Below are positions 9,865 through 18,376 of a DNA stretch of 64,000 nucleotides, one piece after another. This stretch comes from a virus. Within the stretch, counting starts at the first letter, position 1. Each line of letters begins with the position of its first letter. A model generated the notes under the pieces. It was given only the letters and a program-made list of their open reading frames with translations. It had not been told where the DNA came from and searched no databases. The DNA lies in the IMG/VR virus record IMGVR_UViG_3300021490_000001, positions 1 through 64,000 of that record; one strand, 5' to 3'. The translations under genes were made by a program, and so were the position numbers.

Positions 9865-9898
9865 CTATTGAAAAAGACACAAAAAAAAGAAAAAGGCG

Positions 9899-10744
9899 AT
9901 GAAAATGAATGAAAAATGGAAAGATAACTATGACTTTGTTGGCTATTTTTCAGAAGGGCTTGCAGAGGTTAAAAAGAATGAAAAATATGGATTTAACAAT
10001 AAGAAAGGAAAGACTGTAATTCCATTAAAATATGACTATGCTGATTCCTTCTCAGAAGGGCTTGCATTGGTTAGAATTAATGAAAAACATGGATTTATTG
10101 ACAAAAAAGGGAAAATCGTAATTCCATTAAAATACGACTTTGTTGACTCTTTTTCAGAAGGATTGGCAGGGGTTGAAAAGAATGGAAAATATGGATTTAT
10201 TAATAAGAAAGGGAAAATTACAATTCCTTTAGAATATGACCTTGCTGGCTTTTTTTCAGAAGAAGTAACATGGGTTAAGAAAGATGGAAAATACGGGTTC
10301 ATTAACAAGAAAGGTAATGTTATAATTCCATTGAAATATGATGATGCATGCCATTTTTCAGACGGGCTAGCATGGATTAAGGAAAATGGAAAAGAAGGAT
10401 TTATCGATAAGAACGGGAAAGTAGTAATTCTATTAGAATATGATCAGGTTTATACTTTTTCAGATGGGCGTGCATTGGTTGAAAAAGATAAAAAATATGG
10501 ATTTATTGATAAGAAAATGAAACTCGTAATTCCATTGGAATATGAGGATGCTGAGTCTTTCTCAGAAGGACTTGCACGAGTTAGAAAAAATGGTAAAGAT
10601 GGATTTATCGACAAGACTGGAAAAATTGTAATCCCATTAGATTACGATGATGTTGGTCCTTTTTCAAATGGAAAGTCCTGGGTTCTGAAAAATGGTAAAG
10701 AATATTTTATTGATAAAAAGGGAAATGTAAAATGGGACGAGTAA
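9899..10744 (+). CDS. WG-repeat (KWG Leptospira-type) protein
   Basis: About 7 repeats of KYGFIDKKGKIVIPLKYD...FSEGLA.V. Confidence 0.9.
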   Translation: MKMNEKWKDNYDFVGYFSEGLAEVKKNEKYGFNNKKGKTVIPLKYDYADSFSEGLALVRINEKHGFIDKKGKIVIPLKYDFVDSFSEGLAGVEKNGKYGFINKKGKITIPLEYDLAGFFSEEVTWVKKDGKYGFINKKGNVIIPLKYDDACHFSDGLAWIKENGKEGFIDKNGKVVILLEYDQVYTFSDGRALVEKDKKYGFIDKKMKLVIPLEYEDAESFSEGLARVRKNGKDGFIDKTGKIVIPLDYDDVGPFSNGKSWVLKNGKEYFIDKKGNVKWDE

Positions 10745-10787
10745 AGGGAATGTTTAAAAAAAAGGCGATGAAAAAAAAGGTGATTGA

Positions 10788-11025
10788 ATGGCAGAAGACC
10801 TAGTAAATCATCTACCTCACTATGAGAAAGGCGGGATTGAGACAATAGATTTTATTAAGGCGAAAGGATTGTATAAAGATTTCTACCTTACCCAATGTCA
10901 TCAAATATATTTCAAGAGCAAAGTATAAGAGAAAGGAGCTTGAAGACCTTAAAAAAAAAGCAAAATGGTATCTAAAAAGGGCAATCTCATTATTAGAAAA
11001 AAAACTGAAACATCAGGCTCTGTAG
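10788..11025 (+). pseudogene. DUF3310 (SaV-like) protein with one extra base near 10891
   Basis: MAEDLVNHLPHYEKGGIETIDFIKAK...FYLT / NVIKYISRAKYK...EDLKKKAKWYL lie in two frames. Confidence 0.75.
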
Positions 11026-11092
11026 TCTAGTGGACTAAGACATGGGAATAGTAGATACCCCCAAGACTCTGGTTCGAATCCAGACGGAGCCT
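11016..11092 (+). tRNA. tRNA-like element with aberrant anticodon arm (isotype undetermined)
   Basis: Acceptor GGCTCTG/CGGAGCC, D stem GTCT/AGAC with TGG loop, T arm TCTGG-TTCGAAT-CCAGA; anticodon arm is 21 nt instead of 17. Confidence 0.7.
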
Positions 11093-11108
11093 TTAAGAAA
11101 TAGGAGGA

Positions 11109-11297
11109 ATGACTATGGCATTAACATTCGAAGAAACAAAAGAAATGGAAGAACTTAAGCAATTACACAAAAAAGAACTTGCAGAGATATCATTGCAAAA
11201 TGCAAAAGAAGAACACGAAATGAAAATGAAACGACTAGAACTAATGCTTAAGATAGCACAGGCAGGTGGAATCTTTAAAGAAGAAGAAAAAAATTAA
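11109..11297 (+). CDS. Small coiled-coil protein
   Basis: AGGAGG SD; E/K-rich helix. Confidence 0.65.
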   Translation: MTMALTFEETKEMEELKQLHKKELAEISLQNAKEEHEMKMKRLELMLKIAQAGGIFKEEEKN

Positions 11298-11314
11298 ATA
11301 CACAAGCGATTAAA

Positions 11315-11674
11315 ATGGATTTTCTAGTGTATCTTGATTATGTCGATTTAGACCTACAACCCAAGCTAATTGATAAGGATGACAAGAATCGATATGCGCG
11401 AGCTTCTTTTCTGTCAATTGATAAAGTTTTTAAGGTAAAGAAGTCTTTATATTTGTTTGAAATTAACGAAAAAATTGTCATAATCGATACTGCCAGTATG
11501 AAAGCACACTGTTCCTGTATGGATTTTGCTAGCAGACGACATAGTAAAAATCGATACTGCAAGCATATTTATCGTGCAGTAAGATGGTTAGTTGAGTCAA
11601 AAGATAAATCCATTAAGATAACTTCAAATCAATTTGTTATTGAAAGATTCTCTAATCTCAAATTCCTTCGTTAG
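11315..11674 (+). CDS. SWIM zinc-finger protein
   Basis: HCSCMDF...YCKHIY. Confidence 0.8.
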   Translation: MDFLVYLDYVDLDLQPKLIDKDDKNRYARASFLSIDKVFKVKKSLYLFEINEKIVIIDTASMKAHCSCMDFASRRHSKNRYCKHIYRAVRWLVESKDKSIKITSNQFVIERFSNLKFLR

Positions 11675-11809
11675 AGCGATTTTAAGAAACTTTTATCTTT
11701 AATTGATCAAATATATGTAATTAAGATTAAATTTCCTGTATGGAGCTAATATTAGCTATAGTAATGAACTCTAATGTTTAAAAGAAGGACATGCTTAAAA
11801 ATAGACTAG

Positions 11810-11992
11810 ATGATATTCATAAATAAGGAAAAGATTAAGAAACAAATTGAGAAATTGTATAACTTAAATGTAGACATAGCCCTTAAATTCATTACTATGA
11901 AAAAGGAACCAACGATTAGGGACATGCTATATATTAATCGATTAATCGAAAGTATAATCAAAAAACTAAGAGAGGCGACTGAAGATGAATGA
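11810..11992 (+). CDS. Hypothetical protein
   Basis: Overlaps next start. Confidence 0.45.
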   Translation: MIFINKEKIKKQIEKLYNLNVDIALKFITMKKEPTIRDMLYINRLIESIIKKLREATEDE

Positions 11993-12191
11993 TGATAATG
12001 CAAGGACATTAGCTATTGAGATATTGGATCTCTTCGAGGACTTGCTAAATCAACATGATATAACTATTCCTAGTCCAGATAGATGTGGAAACCAAGAAGA
12101 AGCCAGACTGTATGGAGATATATACTATGCTCTTGAAGATCAAATAACAGACCTAATAAAAAGAAACAAGAATCTTAAAAATAAAGTTTAG
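11985..12191 (+). CDS. Hypothetical viral protein
   Basis: SD GAGGCG; IL.LFEDLL...ITIPS..R...EARLYG pattern. Confidence 0.65.
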   Translation: MNDDNARTLAIEILDLFEDLLNQHDITIPSPDRCGNQEEARLYGDIYYALEDQITDLIKRNKNLKNKV

Positions 12192-12201
12192 TGGTAGTCC
12201 A

Positions 12202-12603
12202 ATGAAAGAAGTTATAATCTTAAAAGAGTCAACTGGAGTTATTCGAGAAGCTAGAGATATCTTCAAAAATATCAAGGAAATGAATATAGATTATGCTCAA
12301 GAGAACTTTATTGTCTTTTTCCTTGACTCCAAAAATAAGATTATCAATGCTGAAGTATTATTTAAAGGTGGCTTAAACTCTTGCCTAATCGATCCTAAGA
12401 CAATATTCAGAATAGCATTATTACATAACTCAAATGGGATAATCGTGGCTCACAATCATCCCTCTGGAGATCTAACGCCCTCTGATGAAGATAAGAATAT
12501 CTATGAGTCACTACAAATGTCAGGAGAGTTCTTAGATCTCCGTTGTATGGATTCGATCATATTCAATGAAAAAGAATATTATTCAATGAATTCCAGCAAA
12601 TAG
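12202..12603 (+). CDS. radC: RadC-like JAB/MPN domain protein
   Basis: QENF...LDSKN...GGLNSCLIDPKTIF...AHNHPSGDLTPSDED. Confidence 0.9.
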   Translation: MKEVIILKESTGVIREARDIFKNIKEMNIDYAQENFIVFFLDSKNKIINAEVLFKGGLNSCLIDPKTIFRIALLHNSNGIIVAHNHPSGDLTPSDEDKNIYESLQMSGEFLDLRCMDSIIFNEKEYYSMNSSK

Positions 12604-12635
12604 ATATATATAATTAACTTTACCTTTAATACATA

Positions 12636-12932
12636 ATGTCCTCGCAAAAAGATCTGGTTGAAATTCCAAAGCCACTTTGGGATCTTGCCATTACTGTTAT
12701 CGATGAAGCTACATCTACTGAATTGTTTAAATATATGCCTGTTACGGAGTTTAGTTTTACTAGACTATACGATAAGGTAACTATCAGGGCTTCGTTCGAT
12801 TTAATGACTTTGGAAGATCTAACTATTTTAGATAAGTATGTTACTGTTCTTCTTCCTAAATCCAAAGGCATAGTAAAAGAGAAATTGAATAAATCGAAAC
12901 AATATATCTGTGATCATTATGTCAATGATTGA
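12636..12932 (+). CDS. Hypothetical protein
   Basis: ORF downstream of a TATA-like element. Confidence 0.5.
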   Translation: MSSQKDLVEIPKPLWDLAITVIDEATSTELFKYMPVTEFSFTRLYDKVTIRASFDLMTLEDLTILDKYVTVLLPKSKGIVKEKLNKSKQYICDHYVND

Positions 12933-13071
12933 ATGGTTAATGCTGTTAGCTACTCTGCTATTTATAATTTATTTTTCAGATACCATTCTATGGATATTCT
13001 TTTGGATTCTTATCATAATCATATTTGGAATCTGTGGAATAGTATCTTTCATTGGTGGTTTGTTTGATTGA
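12919..13071 (+). CDS. Small membrane protein (50 aa)
   Basis: MSMIEWLMLLATLLFIIYFSDTILWIFFWILIIIIFGICGIVSF, two hydrophobic segments. Confidence 0.55.
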   Translation: MSMIEWLMLLATLLFIIYFSDTILWIFFWILIIIIFGICGIVSFIGGLFD

Positions 13072-13258
13072 TGTAAGACATAGACTATGCAATAGACCGA
13101 TTGACTATCATAGAGATTATACCTCTTTTTCAAATAAATCTCCGATCCATGCAAGGAAAATGAAAGATGGAACATTCGAAGTTACAATTTATGACTGGAC
13201 TTTTAAATTAACAGAAAACCAGAGATGTGTATTAGTTTGGAAACTAAACAAAGCGTAA
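13052..13258 (+). CDS. Hypothetical protein
   Basis: Packed ORF. Confidence 0.4.
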   Translation: MVVCLIDVRHRLCNRPIDYHRDYTSFSNKSPIHARKMKDGTFEVTIYDWTFKLTENQRCVLVWKLNKA

Positions 13259-13416
13259 TCAAACGAGTAAAGCAATGGATGCTTGAAATGTATGATGAGG
13301 CTACTAACTCCAGAATACAGAATTACAATGATCTAAAAAAATATGAAGAAGGTGGAGCTAAGATTAATGCACTTAATGATTTATGGAAGAAGTTTACTAA
13401 AGAATTTGTAGACTAG
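13225..13416 (+). CDS. Hypothetical protein
   Basis: Packed ORF. Confidence 0.45.
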   Translation: MCISLETKQSVIKRVKQWMLEMYDEATNSRIQNYNDLKKYEEGGAKINALNDLWKKFTKEFVD

Positions 13417-13778
13417 TTTAATCGATAGTTAAATTCTTTTCCGATTCGTTTGATGTTCACGCTATTCTCAAGGATGTGTAATCTGTTCATTAGCTTCTTG
13501 GTAGAATCGATTGTTATCCCTAAATTGTATGCTAGTTCATATACGCTTATATAACGATCGCTGTGAGACTTTAAGTATTCTAAGGCTAATTGTTCCTTTT
13601 CTTTCCATTCTTCGCTGTAATGGCTTGTATCGACTCCCTGTACTGTATCCTTAATGACTATTAACTTTACCGGAGTATCTTTGTCTAATTTATCATAAGA
13701 AGTATAAGGAATTGAGATTCTGGTTCTTCCATCGGATCTCTTTCGTATGATCCCATTTATGTAAGTTACATCATCCAT
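13413..13778 (-). CDS. Putative transcription regulator (AbrB-like N-terminus plus winged HTH)
   Basis: GRTRISIP...PVKLIV; ALEYLK...ISVYELAYNLGIT...KKLMNRL. Confidence 0.6.
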   Translation of the reverse strand: MDDVTYINGIIRKRSDGRTRISIPYTSYDKLDKDTPVKLIVIKDTVQGVDTSHYSEEWKEKEQLALEYLKSHSDRYISVYELAYNLGITIDSTKKLMNRLHILENSVNIKRIGKEFNYRLN

Positions 13779-13826
13779 ACAGATATTTAAAAACTAATCT
13801 TTAAAAACCTTTTTTGAGGTGATTGC

Positions 13827-14012
13827 ATGTTTGGAGTAAAACAGAAAATTAAATGGTTAAGTTCGAATACAACAATGGATATAGAGAAACAATTCGATGA
13901 ATTCTTCGAATCTACAATAGTAGCTGGAATACTCGAAGTAACTCCTTTGGTTAAAAAAGATGGAAGAATATCTAAATTCATGCTTGTAGTTCGATATATA
14001 CCAAAAAGTTGA
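13827..14012 (+). CDS. Hypothetical protein
   Basis: GAGGTGA SD. Confidence 0.6.
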   Translation: MFGVKQKIKWLSSNTTMDIEKQFDEFFESTIVAGILEVTPLVKKDGRISKFMLVVRYIPKS

Positions 14013-14016
14013 TCTT

Positions 14017-14346
14017 ATGACTTTGTGTATCAAATGCAGAAGGAATCCAAGAGTAAAAGGAAGAAGAGTATGCCAAAAATGTATAAATAAATCTAAAAGA
14101 TTACTTTATGCAACTGATAAAGAATTTCGAGAAAGAGAATCGAAACGAAATATAAATTATCAGCGTAAAAAGATTAAGAACGATCCTTCCTTTAGAAAAC
14201 ACAAGAGAGAGTATACTGCTTACTGGAGATCTAAACATAACGATAGATATATTTTCCTTCAGGCAAGATCTGCATTCAATCGATTAAGCCCTTATTACCG
14301 TAAGAAATTTCTTAAGGAATTTAACTTACATTTGAATATACTTTAA
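14017..14346 (+). CDS. Basic zinc-finger protein
   Basis: CIKC...CQKC followed by R/K-rich helix; converges on the late arm. Confidence 0.6.
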   Translation: MTLCIKCRRNPRVKGRRVCQKCINKSKRLLYATDKEFRERESKRNINYQRKKIKNDPSFRKHKREYTAYWRSKHNDRYIFLQARSAFNRLSPYYRKKFLKEFNLHLNIL

Positions 14347-14629
14347 AGCTAGAGATACTAGAATGATATGTTCCGGAAGCTATTACTACTTTTGCCTGTA
14401 GAGTCCATGTTCCTGTTTGATCTAAATCTCCTGCAACTGAAGTACAATATATTTTACCATCGGTACCATCTGTTTCAAATATGCCAGATTTTGTAATAAT
14501 TGTTCCATCTGGCTTTTGAAATATTATTTCTTTTGTTGTTGCACCTGAGATATCTTCTGCTGTTGTTCCATTTTTTATAGTTAGCAAAAACTTTGTTCCT
14601 ATATCATTTAAATGTATTTCTTCTACCAT
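14321..14629 (-). CDS. BppU-N-like (Ig-like) baseplate/virion protein
   Basis: NDIGT...IIFQKPDG...DGKIY...GDLDQTGTWTLQAKV. Confidence 0.7.
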   Translation of the reverse strand: MVEEIHLNDIGTKFLLTIKNGTTAEDISGATTKEIIFQKPDGTIITKSGIFETDGTDGKIYCTSVAGDLDQTGTWTLQAKVVIASGTYHSSISSFKVYSNVS

Positions 14630-16413
14630 TATAATTCCACCTCAAATTCCTTTTGTTTGTCAATATATACTGTGATACTCCTTTCTTTATCGATATATAA
14701 AGTATATGAAACTACATCTATAGATTCCATTATCATAAAATTGGAAGTTTTGGTTATACTATTTGTTCCTTTGACTATGAAATCAGATGACTTTTGGATG
14801 CTATAAACTGCATTGATTATAAAATCGGATGTCTTTTCTATTACTCTTGATGCGTTAATATAAATATCAGAAGTCTTATTGATATTTCGTGTTCCCTTTA
14901 TGGTTAAATCTGAATTTAGTGAAAGGTCAAATGCACCCTTTATAACAAAATCAGAGTTTAGATCTAATGATTGAATCGCATTGATCACAAATTCTGAAAA
15001 TTTATATGTGCTTTGTGTTCCTTTGATTACTAAATCAGAAGTTCTTGTTGTGCTTACAGCTCCTTTGATTACGAAATCTGAATTTTTTGTTATATCGAAT
15101 GTGTCCTGTATTATCAAGTCACTTGTTTTAGTTATCGATAATGTGCCTTTGATTGTAAAATCAGAGTTTTTGTAAACTGTATATTCTGCTTCTATTATGA
15201 AGTTTGAGGTCTTATTTAAGGAGTTCGTTCCTTTTATAGTTAAATCTGAATTTTTAGTAAGCTGAATGGTATCCTTAATTGAAAAGTCGGAAGTCTTAGA
15301 TATATCAAATGTATCAACTATGAAAAAGTCGCTTGTTTTTGATACATCCTGTGTTCCTTTAATTACAAAACTTGAAAATTTGTAAGTTGATAATGTTCCT
15401 TTTATTACTAAATCGCTTGATATTGACTTATTATTTGATGCTTCTTTAATTACAAAATTAGAAGTCTTGTCTATACTGAAAGTATCTGCAATTGTAAAAT
15501 CACTTGTCTTTGTTGTTTCTAATGTTCCTTTAATTACCAATTCGGAATATTTGAAGGTGCTTTGTGTTCCTTTAATTACAAGATCTGAAGTTTTTGATGT
15601 AGATAATGTTCCTTTGATTACTAAATCCGAATCTTTCTGTATTGTGTAGACTTCGTTAATTACTAAATTGCTTGTCTTTGTTGTTGTTAATGCTCCCTTG
15701 ATTGTAAAGTCTGAATTCTTATAAACTGTATATTCTGCTTCTATTATGAAATTTGAAGTTTTAGATAAAGATTGCGTACCTTTGATTATGAAGTCCGAAT
15801 TCTTGGATACCTGTAATGTATCCTTGATTGATAAATCTGATGTTTTATTAATACTAAAAGTGTCTGCGATTGTAAAATCACTTGTCTTTGATGTGCTTTG
15901 TGTTCCTTTGATTACAAAATTTGAAAATCTATAAGTACTATTTGTTCCTTTAATTACTATGTCTGAATTCTTTGTGGTTTGAAATGTATCGGTTATTATA
16001 AAATCAGATGTTTTAGAAGTGCTTACTGTTCCTTTTATTGATATATCTGAGTTCTTAGTAACTTGTAAACTTCCTTTTATTACTAAATCAGCATTTTTGG
16101 TTAAATCGAATGTATCTTTAATTGTAAAATTACTGGTCTTTGAAGTGCTTAATGTTCCCTTGACTACTAAATCAGAAGTCTTTGAAGTGCTATTTGTTCC
16201 CTTGATTGTAAAATCTGATGTCTTGGAGAACTGAAATGTTACGATTTGAATTCCAGGAAATTTTATTTCTGAACCACTTTCGCTTGAACTTTGGATTACT
16301 GTATAAGGTTCTCCATTATTCCAATATTTTAATTCAACTAAATTATCGTCAGGTATTATTGGCTGTCCATTTAACCAAAACTTTAATGTGCCATCAAGCG
16401 CCATATTTATCAC
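14629..16413 (-). CDS. Fibre-like protein with 14-aa tandem repeats (xxKTSDFxIKGTxx)
   Basis: Dozens of 42-bp/14-aa degenerate repeats over about 14730-16230. Confidence 0.75.
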   Translation of the reverse strand: MINMALDGTLKFWLNGQPIIPDDNLVELKYWNNGEPYTVIQSSSESGSEIKFPGIQIVTFQFSKTSDFTIKGTNSTSKTSDLVVKGTLSTSKTSNFTIKDTFDLTKNADLVIKGSLQVTKNSDISIKGTVSTSKTSDFIITDTFQTTKNSDIVIKGTNSTYRFSNFVIKGTQSTSKTSDFTIADTFSINKTSDLSIKDTLQVSKNSDFIIKGTQSLSKTSNFIIEAEYTVYKNSDFTIKGALTTTKTSNLVINEVYTIQKDSDLVIKGTLSTSKTSDLVIKGTQSTFKYSELVIKGTLETTKTSDFTIADTFSIDKTSNFVIKEASNNKSISSDLVIKGTLSTYKFSSFVIKGTQDVSKTSDFFIVDTFDISKTSDFSIKDTIQLTKNSDLTIKGTNSLNKTSNFIIEAEYTVYKNSDFTIKGTLSITKTSDLIIQDTFDITKNSDFVIKGAVSTTRTSDLVIKGTQSTYKFSEFVINAIQSLDLNSDFVIKGAFDLSLNSDLTIKGTRNINKTSDIYINASRVIEKTSDFIINAVYSIQKSSDFIVKGTNSITKTSNFMIMESIDVVSYTLYIDKERSITVYIDKQKEFEVEL

Positions 16414-18101
16414 GCAGTACTTAAGTCATCAACAAATATATTACCTGCTATGCTTCTGCATTTTATTCTTAATTCAAGAACTCCATCTTCTGTGATATCT
16501 GTTGATGATGCAGTAAGACTTTTCTGCTCATAAGTATCTGGTACACTTGGAGTTATTTCAGTCCATCCTGTAATTCTTTCACCCATGAAATAAATTGCTC
16601 CTTGAACATCTCCATTACCAAATGAAGTATCTTTTTTAATATAAGCAGACAGTGTTTGTTCAACTCCACTATCTGCTTTAAAAAAGAAAGACTGGCTGAT
16701 ATAATATGTTGCTGATGTAGGACTATATTTAAGGCATTGTGTGCTTCTTGCATTTGCTGTATCTCTATAAGTTACTCCATATTCGTAATAGCATCTATTG
16801 TCGCCTGATGTTTTGAAGTGCTGACATTTAGCGCAAGGATAATCTCCATAATGTTTTCCTGGTTCTGTATAAACATCTCCGCTTGAATTTCCTGTTCCTG
16901 AATATTTATTGATGGTGTTGTTGGAACTGGAATATAACCGAATGCCATAGTTACTATTGTTATTACAAGTTGGAGTAGTTATGGTATTGTTGTCGGAATA
17001 GTTAGACATGTAAATACCGTTTTGATTGATATTACAAGTCGGAGTGGTTATGGTATTATTGGAAGAGTAAGACATGTAAATGCCGTAGTTGCTATTACTA
17101 TTACAAGTCGAAGTAGTGATAGTATTATTGGAAGTGTAAGCCATGTAAATGCCGCAGAAGCTGTTGTTATTACAAGTCGGAGTAGTGATGGTATTATTGG
17201 AACCGGAATTTAAGTAAATACCGTATTTGTTGCTATTACAAGTCGGAGTGGTTATAGTATTATTGAAAGCGGAATATATGTAAATACCGTGGTTGCTGTT
17301 ACTATTACAAATCGGAGTGGTTATGGTATTATTGGAACCGGAATAAAAGTAAATGCCTATATCCGCACTGCTATTAACAACAGGCGTTATTATTTCATTA
17401 CTTAAACAACTACTTAAATACCATGCTTCATCACCAGCACTTAACAAACTAGCAGAAGTAACTTTCCAATTATCACAAGATGACATATAAATACAATTAT
17501 CATATCTTAAGAAATGCAAACGCTCTATTTCAATATAATCTTTACTGCTTGCATATAATCCACGGCCATATCGATTAGCAAAAGTAGAGTGCATTTGCCT
17601 AAAATAGGTTTGTCCATTTTGCGTTGTAGTTCCTAAATCCCATCCGCCTGATATTTTTAATCTGCTTGCAGTTGAGCTTCCTGAAGAGGAAACTGTTTGA
17701 ACTGCTGTTGAAGTTGCTGCTGCTTCTCCTGTGCTTGTTACTCCTAATTTATAGCCAGTAACTCCTGATTCTGTCGTACCTGGATATTTCTTATATAGAA
17801 CAGCATTTGTATTATCTGTAATTGTTACAATTTCATAATATTGACCATCACCGCCTTTGACAAAATCACCAATAGCTAATTCGGTAGTGAATAGCGTCCC
17901 TGAACCTGTTACTGCTGTGCTACCAGCTGTAAATCCTAAAGTCCCTGTTAAGGCTGTATCAGATGGACTTTTGGCAACTCTGACTTCATCACCACCCGTA
18001 AGACCAGTTGATGCTTGTGTAATGGTCTTGTATGGATTTCCTGACGAACCATCGCCTGTAGAGTCATCACCATTTGTAAAATCACAGTAAACAATTGTCA
18101 T
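16410..18101 (-). CDS. Right-handed beta-helix (pectin-lyase/NosD-like) tailspike-type protein
   Basis: GDDSTGDGS..NPYKTI N-terminus; repeats GIY..SNNTITTPTCNSN. Confidence 0.8.
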   Translation of the reverse strand: MTIVYCDFTNGDDSTGDGSSGNPYKTITQASTGLTGGDEVRVAKSPSDTALTGTLGFTAGSTAVTGSGTLFTTELAIGDFVKGGDGQYYEIVTITDNTNAVLYKKYPGTTESGVTGYKLGVTSTGEAAATSTAVQTVSSSGSSTASRLKISGGWDLGTTTQNGQTYFRQMHSTFANRYGRGLYASSKDYIEIERLHFLRYDNCIYMSSCDNWKVTSASLLSAGDEAWYLSSCLSNEIITPVVNSSADIGIYFYSGSNNTITTPICNSNSNHGIYIYSAFNNTITTPTCNSNKYGIYLNSGSNNTITTPTCNNNSFCGIYMAYTSNNTITTSTCNSNSNYGIYMSYSSNNTITTPTCNINQNGIYMSNYSDNNTITTPTCNNNSNYGIRLYSSSNNTINKYSGTGNSSGDVYTEPGKHYGDYPCAKCQHFKTSGDNRCYYEYGVTYRDTANARSTQCLKYSPTSATYYISQSFFFKADSGVEQTLSAYIKKDTSFGNGDVQGAIYFMGERITGWTEITPSVPDTYEQKSLTASSTDITEDGVLELRIKCRSIAGNIFVDDLSTA

Positions 18102-18106
18102 CTATA

Positions 18107-18358
18107 TCACTCCGTAGTTTCTTCATCTACCGTAATTTCCTTGTTTATCTTAGATTTTAGTACTAAGTATCCTGCTTCCAAATCATTGATTCGCTTTATT
18201 TCATTTTTTACTGTTTGGTCAAAGTTATTGTTAATATCGACCATGTGAACAAATGGATATCTTTTTGTAAACGACTTTTTGCCATTAAAGAACTCTACAT
18301 CTACAATTAGTTCATCTTCTTGTTTTTCTACATTAGCAATTTTAGCTTTGTATTTCAT
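18107..18358 (-). CDS. Hypothetical protein
   Basis: GAGGT SD, packed ORF. Confidence 0.6.
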   Translation of the reverse strand: MKYKAKIANVEKQEDELIVDVEFFNGKKSFTKRYPFVHMVDINNNFDQTVKNEIKRINDLEAGYLVLKSKINKEITVDEETTE

Positions 18359-18376
18359 GTTATTACCTCTCTTTAT

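Noticed and set aside
9185-9880. ORFs 9185-9880 (-) and 9382-9660 (+)
   Set aside because: Stop-free shadows of the 18-bp repeat; no SD; overlap the real gene
11043-11063. Assignment as tRNA-Tyr(GTA) or an intron-containing tRNA
   Set aside because: GTA is preceded by A rather than U33, the stem is irregular, archaeal Tyr needs C1-G72, and 4 extra nt cannot form a BHB intron
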